A stretch of DNA of 64,000 bases. Source: Felis catus (taxonomy: Eukaryota). A model generated the notes under the pieces. It ran no database searches, was not told the DNA's origin, and was given only the letters and a program-made list of their open reading frames with translations. Positions within the stretch are counted from its first letter, which is position 1. Every line of letters starts with the position of its first letter. The translations under genes and the position numbers were made by a program. The stretch lies in NCBI RefSeq assembly GCF_018350175.1, contig NC_058368.1, forward strand, positions 84,198,001 through 84,262,000, written 5' to 3'. This document shows, in pieces, positions 11,164 through 24,936 of the stretch.

Positions 11164-13465
11164 GGAAAATGCTTGTCTGAAAACATAAATATTTCCACCA
11201 AAGCTAGTATTGCCCACTGAATGAATAGGTCCAATCAGGTAAGGTGTAAATGGTCCAAAACACCAAGTCAATTTTCAGGTTTCATGTGTCCTAAACAAAA
11301 TGTCCTAAAGCACCTGAGGTTGTGGTAGCCAGAAGCATGTTACAGGTGACAATATCCTAGATACCCTTCAGGAGAGTAACCTATTTATGGAATAAACCCA
11401 AATGTCTCAATTGACTTTGAAATTTCTGGTCTACAAAATCACATACATTCTCTTAACCTGAACTTGTAGTCCCAGAATGCTGAACACTATAGATGAGAAG
11501 GAAATAGAAAAATGGAAGTAGAACTTGAATGTGCAACATCAGTGATAAACAACTACAAAGTGGTCAGTCCTGTGGTGAATTTTTTTTTTCTCAACATGAG
11601 CCATAGGCAACACCATTTCAAGTTCTCTGATGCATTAATATTTTTAGAATGTTCAGTACTATAATCTGGATTTCATTGAAGCAAGTAAGGAATCTAGCCT
11701 TTGAAATTCCAGATTCAATCCCATTATAGTAACCTCAGCCCCAAATATCTCAACTAGCCGTAATGTCCCTACATATTTGTACATGGATGGTGTCCCTCCA
11801 TCTATATTACCAGTCTGCAAGGTAATTTGACCTCTATTCAGCACAGCTGTGTAGATCTAGCAGCATTCTAGCTGGTGTTTCAGTTTAATTTCATGCACCT
11901 CAACAAGCCCATCCACTTTCCAGGCTTGTCCTGCATCTAACCCAGCAATCCAACAGCCAGAGCAGCAAGGCCACCAACTCACTAGTCCACAACTACCAAC
12001 AGTTTATCCATCTGGTAGCTCACAGTCATCATGTATTAGCCAATATAGCATTCAGAATATTTCAACAGAACCTCAAAAAACTAATTGAAATCAAACTTAA
12101 ACCCCTACTGAGAAATATTTCTTCAAAATAGCATTTACCCGGCTTTGAACCTCCAGCACCTCCTCCTTCATTAACAGCCAAACTATAATAGAAATCAGTG
12201 CATGATTACATGTCCCCCAAATACTAATGCGGCAATGTCCTACAGTGAACATAGTATATATATCAAAGACACCAAGAAGATGAACAAATCATGCAGAGTC
12301 AGCCTTCATTTCTCATATCTACAAATCTTGGAGCATCTGCTGCCTCCAAAAGTATGACCAGGCAAGTGATTATATACTCCGCTTTTATTTGTTACCACTC
12401 TGCCAAATATAAAGTAATAGGCAACAGCTCTGCCAAGTCTCCTCAAGCAGTGGTCTTTCATCTCAACAAAATATCCATTCAAAATTTTCAGGTATATAAT
12501 ATAAAATTTCACTAAATGGGTGTCGTCATTTTTTGAACTTTCAAATCTCCTAACCTTCCTGACTGTTGTATAGACATAGTGCATTCAGCAGCTCATGGAT
12601 CCAACTTTCAAACATGAGAATAGAATAACAGAAGTGTAGAGAGTGAGCATTATTGGTTGTTATAGGCTGAATTATGTTTTCTAAAAAATCAGATTCTGAA
12701 GACCTAAACTCATTGCTGATTACCCCAAAATATGACTATATTTGGAGATAGGGCCTTTAAAAGGATAATTAGGTTAAAATGAGGTCATTAGTGAGGCCCC
12801 TAATTCAATATGACTGGTGTCTTTATAAGAAGAAGAGATTAGGACACAGTTATAGAGAGAAGATCATATGATGATACAAGGAGAGCGGTCTCAGAAGAAA
12901 GGAACTGTCCAATCAGTTCTTTGATCTCACATTTCTAGTTTATGGTACTTTACTATGGCATCCCTAGCAAACTAATACATTGGTAGATTAAAAAAAAAAA
13001 AAGAATAGAATAGCTTCAAAGAGAACTTAAGATTTTAAAAAAGTTCTGGATAAGCTAAAATCTAGAGTCAATGAAAGAAAGAATAGGCTAAATGGAATAT
13101 GTTTGAAAAAAATAAAATTTCATGTCACAAAGACTTGCTGTAGTGGTAAAGCTACACCACACAACTCCAGATTGACACTGGATACCTCAAGCAGAGACTG
13201 GATTTTTCAAATCTCAAGACCACATTTTAATCCCCATGACAAGTTTGAATTTGTAGGTTCTGTGCCACCAAAACCCAAAGAAAAAAGACTGAGCATACAA
13301 CCATAGAAGACTCAAGCCATAGATGAGCAAAGGGATTCATTGAAATTGTGCTGTGTCTACCTATTTGCCCACCCACTCTCAGTTAATTTTGAGCAGTGAG
13401 AACTGCCAAGGAATTTCTGAGCCAAAAGGCTCAATATATTCTCTGAACCCACATTCAAAGCTTAG
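11164..13465 (+). pseudogene. TAB2: TAB2 processed pseudogene, highly decayed, interrupted by an LTR at 12658-12979; ATG remnant 11250, stop 13418-13420
   Basis: Collinear, intronless peptides match recalled TAB2: PEVVVARSMLQ (CUE domain), [59 protein letters not shown] (ORF 12291), ALLV..LQRELKI..LDKLKSRVNE, RPHFNP..FVGSVPPKPK (ORF 13103) and EQ*ELPRNF* (NZF end). Many stops and frameshifts. Confidence 0.92.
12658..12979 (+). mobile_element. MaLR solo LTR (MLT1A-like) with 5-bp TSD
   Basis: Starts tgttataggctgaatt, ends ctagcaaactaataca; TSD ttggt at 12653-12657 and 12980-12984. Confidence 0.88.
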
Positions 13466-14915
13466 GAGGAGTGACATCATCACCATGGCAGAATGAGAGT
13501 TTCTATTTTCCCCACAAAGAATGCTGATTTTAACAATCACCCACAAAAAGAATGCTTTTGTACAATCTGATAGTCTAGAAGAGAAGTTCCAGCACACAAT
13601 TGGAGCCAAAAATATCTACAATTAGATGCTTTGAAGAGGTTAAGAAGAACAGTTTCACCTTGGGGATTAAGGAGTGCACTTGTGATGAGTACTGAGTGAT
13701 GTATAGAACTGTTGAATCACTATATTGTATATCTGAAACTAATATAACATGGTATGTTAGCTAACTGGAACTTTTTTAATGTGAAAAAAAAAATCTAAAC
13801 ACACACACACACACTCAAGAACAGTTTCAGAACAGTTTCACTTTACCCACATCATCCATCTCCCAATGGCACAGTGCCATGAGAGAACTGTTCTTTCTAC
13901 CACAGGGAATGTGACAGTGTGTCAGTGAGTACCTAGCTTCCCCAGTTATGAAGATGCTGCCCAAGAGGCCCAACTATTTCTTACTCTATCCAGAATACTG
14001 AATCACAAACTTAAAGATAGTGGGCAATGAATAGCTGGAAAAACAGAGCAAGGGCATGGAATAAAATGTATCAAGTGAAATGCAAATCCTACTAACCCAA
14101 ACTCCATAAAGAAGCCTGCCCACAAGCTACTGAGGATCCCTCCAACTGGCCCATGAGCACTCCAACACACTCTGTGCCTCCCTTACATATCCATTCACTC
14201 CATGATTGATATCTTGTGCATCCCTCAGATGGTTAAGGGGCAGAACTTGGCCAAAAGTTAGTAGGCATACATGGAAAGCCAACACAACTGTGTTGGATAA
14301 AGGACAAAAACCTGAAAATTCAACACCACCCTAGGAAGTGAGCAAATGGAAGGTTGTCAGCACTGTCTGGGTATTGCAGGATCAAGAGGAGGCATAAAAT
14401 CTTAAGAGAGTCATCATAAAATGAAACAAAAAGTGTCTATAGATGTATCCACAGAAAAGATCTGAGAAATCCCTATAAGCCCTAACAGAACTAAAGAAAG
14501 GTGTTTTTCTTCAGAAACCAGTCAGTAAACAGTGGAGGAGATCATTTTTTTTAATGCAAATAAAACAACACAAAATGTTAAGGAACTTACTTAAAAAAAA
14601 CAAAAACAGAAAAAGACACAATAACAAAAATGAGAACTATAGAGAACTACTATGTTACCTACTACAGAGAAAGAACAGAACTACTATGTTATCTATGAAT
14701 AACATAGATGCAAAAACTCTTCAACAAAATATTAGCAGGCCGAATCCAGCAATACATTAAAAAAAAAAATCATTCACTGCAATCAAGTGGGATTTATTCC
14801 AGAGATGCAAATGTGGTGGTGTTATCTACAAATCAATCAACATGATACATCATATTAGCAAGAGAAAGTATGAAAACCATCTAATCAACTCAAGATGCCA
14901 AAAAAGCATTTGACA
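13465..14915 (+). mobile_element. Older L1, left part: putative 5' region joined to an ORF2 RT segment by an internal deletion
   Basis: 14690-14915 is L1 RT (SMNNIDAKTL..QVGFIP..DAKKAFD) and continues at 21133 after the nested L1. Assignment of 13465-14600 to an L1 5' region is weaker. Confidence 0.65.
13661..13816 (+). mobile_element. Short carnivore L1 3'-end insertion with TSD and (CA)n tail
   Basis: ggagtgcacttgtgatgagtactgagtgatgtat..ctgaaactaatataac; TSD aagaacagtttca at 13645-13657 and 13817-13829. Confidence 0.75.
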
Positions 14916-17900
14916 GGGAGAGGTTTTGGGGAAGATGGCAGCATAGGAGGACGCTGGGCTCACCGCGTCCTGCAGATCACTTAGATTCCAACCACACCTG
15001 CCTAAATAACCCAGAAAATCGCCAGAAGACTAGCAAAATGGATTCTCCAGAGCCAAGCATAGACAAGAGGTCCACGGAAGAGGGTAGGAAGGGTGGAGAG
15101 GTGGTGCATGCTACACAGACTGGAGGGAGAGAGCCGGGGTGGAGGGGCAGCCCGCCAGCAAAGCAGAGCCCCCGAGTCTGGCTTCCAAAAACGGAGGGGT
15201 CGGATGGAGTGTGTTCTGACAGCAAGTGGGACTTAACATCTGGAAGGTTGTAAGTTAACAGATCTGCTTGGAGAACGGGAGGGCTGGAGGACAACGGGAG
15301 GGAGAGTTGTTGAGCTCCGGACAACAGAGCACAGGTTTGCAGGGAACAATGGCGCTTGCCAGTGCCATCTCCCTCGCCCATCCCCCAGCCAAAATCCCAA
15401 AGGGAACCATTTCCTGTCAGGGAATATGCTTGCACCACGCAAACACCCAATGCTGCGCTTCTGTGGATCCATTCCTCCAGCGTTCTGACTCCCTTCCATT
15501 GCCTCAGGGCCCCTCCCAGAGCAGATCTCTGAAGGAAAAGTGAGCTGAGCCTGCCCTTCCCACCCCTGTACACATTGCCGATCCACCCCAGCTAATAAGC
15601 CAGATCCCCAGCACTACAAGCCTGGCAGTGTGCAAGGAGCCCAGATGGGGCACACCACCCTACAGTGAATCCCGCCCCTAGGAGAGGGGAAGAGAAGGTA
15701 CATACCAGTCTGACTGTGGCCCCAGCTGTGAGCTGGGGGCACACATCAGGTCTGACTGCGGCCCCACCCACCAACACAAGGTATTCAAGACAGCACGGGG
15801 AAATGCCCTGCAGTTCCTCAACACTCCAGGGACTATCCAAAATGAGGAAATGGAAGAATTCCCCTCAAAAAAACATCCAGGAAATAACAACAGCTAACGA
15901 ACTGATCAAAAATGATTTAAACAATATAACAGAAAGTGAATTTAGAATAATAGTCATAAAATTAATTGCTGGGCTTCAAAACAGTATAAAGGACAGCAGA
16001 GAATCCATTGCTACAGAGATCAAGGGACTAAGGAACAGCCAGGAGGAGATAAAAAATGCTATTAATGAGCTGCAAAATAAAATGGAGACAACCACAGCTC
16101 AGATTGAAGAGGCAGAGGAGGGAATAGGTGAACTAGAAGATAAAATTATGGAAGAAGAAGAAGTTGAGAAAAAGAGAGATAAAAAAATCCAGGAGTATGA
16201 GGGGAAAATTAGAGAACTAAGTGATGCATGAAAGAGAAATAATCTATGCATAATTGGTATTCCAGAGGAAAAAGAGAGAGGGAAAGGTGCTGAAGGTGTA
16301 CTTGAAGAAATAATAGCTGAGAACTTCCCTGAACTGGGGAAGGAAAAAGGCATGGAAATCCAAGAGAACTCCCTTCAGATGTAACTTGAATCAATCTTCT
16401 GCACGACATATCATAGTGAAACTGGCAAAATACAAGGATAAAGGGAAAATTCTAAAAGCAGCTAGGGATCAACATGCTCTAACATATAAAGGTAGACCGA
16501 TAAGACTCTTCACAGATTTTTCTACTGAAACTTGGCAGGCCAGAAAGGAATGGCAGGAAATCTTCATTGTGATGAACAGAAAAAATAGGCAGCCAAGAAT
16601 CCTCTATCCAGCAAATCTGTCATTTAGAACAGAAGGAGAGATAAAGGTCTTCCCAAACAAACAAAAACTGAAGGAATTTGTCACCACTAAACCAGCCCTA
16701 CAAGACATCCTAAGGGGGATCCTGTGAGACAAAGTACCAGAGACATCGCTACAAACATGAAACCTACAGACATCACAATGACTCTAAACCCATATCTTTC
16801 TATAATAACACTGAATGTAAATGGACTAAATGCACCAACCAAAAGGCATAGGGTCTCAGAATGGATTAAAAAAAAAAAAGACCCATCTATTTGCTGTCTA
16901 CAAAAGACTCATTTTAATTTTTTTTTCAACGTTTATTTATTTTTTTTGGGACAGAGAGAGACAGAGCATGAACGGGGGAGTGACAAAGAGAGAGAGAGAC
17001 ACAGAATCGGAAACAGGCTCCAGGCTCTGAGCCATCAGCCCAGAGCCTGAGGCGGGGCTCGAACTCCCAGACCGCGAGATCGTGACCTGGCTGAAGTCAG
17101 ACGCTTAACCGACTGTGCCACCCAGGCGCCCCAAGACTCATTTTAGACCTAAGGACACTTTCAGATTGAAAGTGAGGGGATGGAGAACTATTTATCAAGT
17201 TACTGGAAGTCAAAAGAAAGCTGGAGTAGCCATACTTATATCAGACAAACTAGACTTTAAAGGCTGTAACAAGAGATAAAGAAGGGCATTATATAATAAT
17301 TACAGAGTCTATCCATCAAGAAGAACTAACAATTATAAATGTCTATGCGCCGAATATGGGAGCCCCCAAATATATAAAACAATTACTCATAAACAGAAGC
17401 AACCTTATTGATAAGAATGTGGTAATTGCAGGGGACTTTAATACCCCCCTTAGAACAATGGATAGATCATCTAGACACATGGTCAATAAAGAAACAAGGG
17501 CCCTGAGTGATACATTGGATCAGATGGACTTGACAGATATATTTAGAACTCTGCATCCCAAAGCAACAGAATATACTTTCTTGTCAAGTGCACATGCAAC
17601 ATTCTCCAAGATAGATCACATACTGGGCCACAAAACAGTCCTTAATAAGTATACAAGAATTGAGATCATACTATGCATATTTTCAGACCACAATGCCATG
17701 AAGCTTGAAATCAGCCACAGGAAAAAGTCTGGAAAACCTCCAAAAGCATGGAGGTTAAAGAACATCCTACTAAAGAATGAATGGGTCAACCAGGCAATTA
17801 GAGAAGAAATTAAAAAATATATGGAAACAAACGAAAATGAAAATACAACAATCCAAACGCTTTGGGATGTAGCAAAGGCAGTCCTGAGAGGAAAATACAT

Positions 17901-20900
17901 TGCAATCTAGATCATCTCAAGAAACAAGAAAAATCCCAAATAAAAAATCTAAAAACACACCTAAAGGAAATAGAAGCAGAGCAGCAAAGACACCCCAAAC
18001 GCAGCAGAAGAAGAGAAATAATAAAGATCAGAGCAGAAATGAACAATATAGAATCTAAAAAAAAAAAAACAAAACGGTAGAGCAGATCAATGAAACCAAG
18101 AGATGGTTTTTTGAAAAAATAAACAAAATTGATAAACCTCTATCCAGGCTTCTCAAAAAGAAAAGGGAGATGACCCAAATAGATAAAATCATGAATGAAA
18201 ATGGAATTATGACAACCAGTCCCTCAGAGATACAAGCAATTATCAGAGAATACTATAAAAAATCATATGCCAACAAACTGGACAACCTGGAAGAAATGAA
18301 AAATTCCTAACATCCACACGCTTCCAAAACTCAATCAGGAGGAAATAGAAAGCTTGAACAAACCTGTAACCAGCGAAGAAATTGAATCAGTTATCAAAAA
18401 TCTCCCAACAAATAAGAGTCCAGGACCAGATGGCTTCCCTGGGGACTTCCACCAGACATTTAAAGCAGAGATAATACCTATCCTTCTCAAGCTATTCCAA
18501 AAATAGAAAGGGAATGAAAACTTCCAGACTCATTCTATGATGCCAGTATTACTTTGATTCCTAAACCAGACAGAGACCCAGTAAAAAAAAGAGAATTACA
18601 GGCCAATATCCCTGATGAATATGGATGCAGAAATTCTCAATAAGATACTAGCAAATCAAATTCAACAGCTTATAAAAAGAATTATTCACCATGATCAAGT
18701 GGGATTCATTCCTGGGATGCAGGGCTGGTTCAACACTCGCAAATCAATCAATGTGATTTGATCACATGTGATTGATCAATGTGATCAATCCATCACATGA
18801 ATAAAATAAAAGATAAGAACCATATGATCCTGTCCATCGATGCAGAAAAAATATTTGACTAAATTCAGCATCCTTTCTTAATAAAAACCCTCGAGAAAGT
18901 CGGGATAGAAGAAACATACTTAAACATCATAAAAGCCGTTTATGAAAAGCCCACAGCTAATATCACCCTCAATAGGGAAAAACTGAGAGTTTCCCCCTGA
19001 AATCAGGAACACGACAGGGATGTCCACCCTCACCGATGTTGTTTAACATAGTGTTGGAAGTGCTAGCATCAGCAATCAGACAACAAAAGGAAATCAAAGG
19101 CATCAAAATTGGCAAAGATGAAGTCAAGCTTTTGCTTTTTGCAGATGACATGATATTATACATGGAAATTCTGACAGACTCCACCAAAAGTCTGCTAGAA
19201 CAGATACATGAATTCAGCAAAGTTGCAGGGTACAAAATCAATGTACAGAAATAAGTTGCATTCTTATACACTAATAATGAAGCAACAGAAAGACAAATAA
19301 AGAAAATGATCCCATTCACAATTGCACCAAGAAGCATAAAATACCTAGAAATAAATCTAACCAAAGATGTACAAGATCTGTATGCTGAAAACTATAGAAA
19401 CCTTATGAAGGAAATTGAAGAAGATATAAAGAAATGGAAAAACATTCCACGCTCATGGGTTGGAAGAATAAATATTGTTAAAATGTCAATACTACACAAA
19501 GCTATCTACATGTTCAATGCAATCTCAATCAAAATTGCACCAGCATTCTTCTCAAAGCTATAACAAGCAATCCTAAAATTCATATGGAACCACAAAAGGC
19601 CCTGAAGAGCCAACGTAATTTTGAAGAAGAAGACCAAAGCAGGAGGCATCACAATCCTAGACTTTAGTGTCTACTACAAAGCTGTAAGCATCAAGACAGC
19701 ATGGTAGTGGCACAAAAACAGACACATAGACCAATGGAATAGAATAGAAACCCCAGAACTAGACCCACAAACGTATGGCCAACTCATTTTTGACAAAGCA
19801 GGAAAGAACATCCAATGGAAAAAAGACAGTCTCTTTAACAAATGGTGCTGGGAGAACCGGACAGCAACATGCAGAAGGTTGAAACTAGACCACTTTCTCA
19901 CACCATTCACAAAAATAAACTCAAAATGGATAAAGGACCTAAATGTGAGACAGGAAACCATCAAAACCCTAGAGGAGAAAGCAGGAAAAGACCTCTCTGA
20001 CCTCAGTCGTAGCAATCTCTTACTCGACACATCTCCAAAGGCAAGGGAATTAAAAGCAAAAATGAACTATTGGGACCTCATGAAGATAAAAAGCTTCTGC
20101 ACTGCAAAGGAAACAACCAACAAAACTAAAAGGCAACCAACGGAATGGGAAAAGATATTCGCAAATGACATATCGGACAAAGGGCTAGTATCCAAAATTT
20201 ATTAAGAGCTCACCAAACTCCACACCCAAAAAACAAATAATCCAGTGAAGAAATGGGTAGAAAACATGAATAGACACTTTTCTAAAGAAGACACCCATAT
20301 GGCCAACAGGCACATGAAAAGATGCTCAACATCGCTCCTCATCAGGGAAATACAAATCAAAACCACACTCAGATATCACCTCATGCCAGTCAGAGTGGCC
20401 AAAATGAACAAATCAGGAGACTATATATGCTGGCGAGGATGTGGACAAACGGGAACCCTCTTGCATTGTTGGTGCGAATGCAAATTGGTGCAGCCACTCT
20501 GGAAAGCAGTGTGGAGGTTCCTCAGAAAATTAAAACTAGACTTACCCTATGACCCAGCAATAGCACTGCTAGGAATTTACCCATGGGATACAGGAATACT
20601 GATGCATAGGGGCACTTGTACCCCAATGTTTATAGCAGCACTCTCAACAATAGCCAAATTATGGAAAGAGCCTAAATGTCCATCAACTGATGAATGGGTA
20701 AAGAAATTGTGGTTTATATATACAATGGAGTACTATGTGGCAATGAGAAAGAATGAAATATGGCCCTTTGTAGCAACGTGGATGGAGCTGGAGAGTGTGA
20801 TGCTAAGTGAAATAAGCCATACAGAGAAAGACAGATACCATATGGTTTCACTCTTATGTGGATCCTGAGAAACTTAACAGAAACCCATGGGGGAGGGGAA

Positions 20901-21116
20901 GGGAAAAAAAGAGGTTAGAGTGGGAGAGAGCCAAAGCATAAGAGACTCGTAAAAACTGAGAACAAACTGAGGGTTGATGGGGGTAGGAGGGAGGAGAGGG
21001 TAGTTCATGGGCATTGAAGAGGACATCTTTTGCGATGAGCACTTAATATTGTATGGAAACAAATTTGACAATAAATTTCATATATTAAAAAAAAAGAAAT
21101 TGGATTTATAATTTTA
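14916..21116 (+). mobile_element. Full-length, inactivated felid L1: 5' UTR, ORF1 ~15842-16727, ORF2 ~16778-20868, 3' UTR and poly-A; 16-bp TSD
   Basis: TSD aaaaaagcatttgaca at 14900-14915 and 21117-21132. ORF1 coiled-coil and RPRILYPA-like motifs; EN motifs GDFN and SDH; RT FADD (ORF 19036); C-terminal HCW-x-C region. Broken by stops, frameshifts and a SINE. Confidence 0.96.
16916..17132 (-). mobile_element. Young felid SINEC inserted in the L1 endonuclease region
   Basis: TSD aagactcatttt at 16904-16915 and 17133-17144. Confidence 0.95.
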
Positions 21117-21132
21117 AAAAAAGCATTTGACA

Positions 21133-22308
21133 AAGTACAGCAATCATTCATGATAAAATTTCTCAACAACTATGTTTAGAGATAACACACTTCAGCATAA
21201 TAAAGGCTATATATGAAAAACCCACAGCTAACGTTATATTCAATGGGAAAAATTGAGAGTTTTTCATCTAAGATCATGGACAAGACAAGGATGTCCACCA
21301 TCACCACTTTTATTCAACGTAGTATTGGAAGTCCTAGCCACAAAAATAAGACAACAAAAAGAAATTAAAAACATCCAACTTGGTGAAAAAGAAGTAAAAC
21401 TTTCACAAAATGCATATAACATGCTATTGCATATAGAAAATCCAAATGACTCCACCAAAAAATAGTAAAATTCGTAAATTAATTCAGTAAAGTTGCAGGG
21501 ATAAAAAATTAATATCTAAAAGTGTGTTGTGTTTCCACAACATAATAATTAAGTAACAGAAAGAAAAAATAAGAAAGCAATTTATTCACAACTGCACCAA
21601 AAAGAATTAAATACCTAGGAATAATATAATCAAGGAGGTGAAAAACCTGTACTCAGAAAGCTATAAAACTTTGACAAAAACAATTAAAGATGACACAAAC
21701 AAATGGAAAAATATTCTATGCTTGTGAATGAGCAAAGTAAGTATTGTTCAAATGTACATACTTCCCAAAGCAATCTACATATTTAATCCAACTCCTATAA
21801 AATTATTAACAATATTTTTCACAAAAATAAAACAAGTAATCCTAAGATTGTAATGAAACAACAAAAGCCCCTGAATAGCCACAGCAATCTTGAAGAAGAA
21901 CAAAGCTGAAGGTATCAGATTTCCAAATTTTAAGATATATTATAAAGCTGTAGTAATCAAAACAGTATGGTACTGGCACAAAAATAGACACATAGATCAA
22001 TGAAACAAAATAGAGAGCCCAGAAATAAACCCACAATTATATGGTCAATTAATCTAATAAATAGGAGGAAAGAATATACAATGAGAAAAAAGACTTCAAC
22101 AAATGGTGGTGGGATGACTGGAAAGCTATTTGTAAAAGAATGAAACTGGACCCTATGCCATCCACAAAAATAAACTCAAAATGGATCAAACTCCTAAATG
22201 TGAAACCTGAAACCATAAAACTTCTAGTAAACATAAGCAGTAATTTCTTTGACATTGGCCATAGAAACATTTTTCTACATGCCACTTCCAAAAAAAAGAA
22301 AAAAGAAA

Positions 22309-22366
<58 letters not shown>

Positions 22367-23083
22367 ATTGGGACTACACCAAAATAAAAACCTTTTGCAC
22401 AGCAAAGGAAACCATGAGCAAAATGAAAAGGCAACGTACTGAGGGGAGGAAGATATCATTAGCATTATCAAATGATATATTTGATAATGAATTAATATTT
22501 AAAGTATATAAAGAGCTTATGCAACTCAACACCAAAACAAAACAAAACAAAGCAAAACCCCTAATAATCTGATTAAAAATGGGCAGAGGACCTGAATAAA
22601 CATTTTTCCAAAGAAGACATAAAGATGACCAACAGACACATGAAAAGATGCTCAACATCATTAGGTAAATGCAAATTAAAACCAGAATATATCACTTTAC
22701 ACCTGTCAGATGGCTAAATTAAAAAAACAAAAAACAAAACAAAAACAAAAACAAGAAATAACAAGTGTCGATGAGGAACTGGAGAAAAATGAACCCCCAT
22801 GCACTCATGGTGGGAATGCAAATTGGTACATCCACTGTGGAAAACCATATGTGGTTTCCTCAAAAAAATTAAAAAAGCACTACTGTATGATCCAATAATT
22901 CTACTATTGGATGTTTACCCAAAGAAAACTAAAACACTAATTTGAAGAGACATATGCACCTCTATGTTTATTGCTGCATTATTTATAATATGGAAGCCAC
23001 CCACACGTACAGTGATAGAAAATAAATAAGTGGCATATGCATACAATGGAATATGACTCAGACATAAAATGAATGAGATCTTG
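21133..23083 (+). mobile_element. Older L1, right part (ORF2 RT to C-terminus); includes (GAAA)n at ~22290-22366
   Basis: [20 protein letters not shown] in ORF 21253; interrupted by the SCOC retrocopy, with a short continuation at ~25424-25470. Confidence 0.88.
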
Positions 23084-24212
23084 GCTAATCTCTGCCACTC
23101 CCAACACCTACAATGGCAGACCATTTGTCAAGGATTTTGTATCCAAAGCCAATAAGTTTTTACCCAAAATGATTGCTGACACGGATGCAGTTGATGCTAA
23201 AAATCAGGTGGAACTGGAAGAAAAAACATGACTTATTAAGCAAGTGTTGAAACTTCAATACATACTTGAAGATGTCTGCAAGAATAGATGCAGTTAAAGA
23301 AGAAATCTGAAGCTAAAATCAGAAAACCAAGTTCTTGAACGATATATAGAAAACTTCATGTCAGCTTTTAGTGTATTTCAAACTGACCCCCCCAAAAAAA
23401 ATTTAAAAAAAAAAAAGTAAGGGATTAACATTCCTTTGTTTTATGGAATTGGTGCTGATCTTTTTTTCTTTAAAACATGGATAGATTCAAGAAAGTTATA
23501 GTACTTTTGTTTGTGGCTTAACTGAATATTTATGAAGATAATGTCAGATCTAGGTAAAATTAAGAGAATAACAGAAGACTTCCTTGAACTTGTGTATTAT
23601 ATGTTAGTCTATGAAAACATGCAAATGTATTGTAGAGATTTTATAATTAGAAATGCATGCATTTATGAAACTTGAAAATTAATGTTTTATGAAATTTTTG
23701 TTAATTTATACGTTTAACATTGTCTTTTACTACAGGTATAATAAAAGATACAAGAAAATAATCACTGTGTTGTGAAAGTGACCAAAATCATGCACTGAAC
23801 ACACAGCTTTATGTATCCTGTCCATCATGTTGTGCCTCTTCTCCATTTGCTTTTTCCTTCCCTTTTCCCCGCCCCTAAGGAAAAAATTGATTTCACACTA
23901 GTAAAAGTAATTTTAATAGTTAATCATCTGTGAGAGTAAACTCAGTTTGAATTCTTGAAACTTAACCAAAATAAGATACTTTCTCAGTTAGGACTTGTCA
24001 TAGTTAGTAATAGAATTGTTGGTTTCTCTTTAATTAATTGCAAATAGAGGCTCTACATATGAAGATTTTTCTTTGCAAAAGTTTTGCACAAAATAACCCA
24101 CTTGGTATCTGAAAAGATGAGCTCTGGTTATGTTTGAAATAGGAAATTTTAAGAAAAATAGAAATTGGATGGGGAAAGTACTGGCAAACAGTAGTCACCA
24201 ACTCCATATGTT

Positions 24213-24412
24213 GTTTAACTTTTTTTTAAGTTTATTTATTTATTTTGAGGGAGAAGGGGCACAGACAGAAAGAGGAAGAGAGAATCCCAACCAGGCTCTG
24301 CCCTGTCAGTGCAGAGCCCACAGTGGCGCTTGAACTCATGAACCATGAGATCGTGACCTGAGCTGAAATTAATAATATGACACTTAACTGACTGAGCCAC
24401 TCAGGTACTTCC
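24213..24412 (-). mobile_element. Older SINEC in SCOC 3' UTR
   Basis: Diverged SINEC body on minus (gaaccatgagatcgtgacctgagctgaa..ctgagccactcagg). Confidence 0.85.
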
Positions 24413-24572
24413 CAAATGTTTTTATCTCAGATTTGTGTGAAATATGGAACAGATGAGATCTTTAGGAATATATATGTGAAAGTAGTCTAAATTTGACTAA
24501 CCTTATGTAAACTATACCTAGAAGAAAACACTTACAAAGAGTTTAGTCTCAAGGTTTATTTGTGGTACCCAG

Positions 24573-24936
24573 TGTTAGGATGTCCCTTGAAGGGGACGGC
24601 CCTCTCACCAGCCCGCCAGAAGAAACATTGCCAGCGCGCGGGAAGAAACTGAAGGGCAACCAATCACTGAGCTCCAGCACAACCCAATGGAGAGCCCCGC
24701 ACGAGAGAAAGACCCACAGGAGCCTAAACCCGGAACTACTACAGCTTAAAAACCCTACCCCACCATACCCGGGGGCGACTTGGCGACTTCCCTGACTTCT
24801 CTCTCTCTCTCTCTCTCCCTCTCCCTGAGTCACGGAACCTCCCCCGAGACCTTAGTTCCCAAATAAAGCCTTTGACTGCTAAATTTTTTTAGCCTCTGAC
24901 TCCTATCTTTACCCTGACTTACGCCTGACCCTAACA
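24573..24936 (+). mobile_element. Solo ERV LTR (364 bp) with 5-bp TSD
   Basis: TGTTAGG..CCTAACA 7-bp terminal inverted repeat; TSD cccag at 24568-24572 and 24937-24941; AATAAA at 24862-24867; retained CpGs. Confidence 0.9.

Noticed and set aside
14916..21116. Active (retrotransposition-competent) L1
   Set aside because: ORF1 is broken at ~16230 and ORF2 has a SINE insertion plus many stops and frameshifts.
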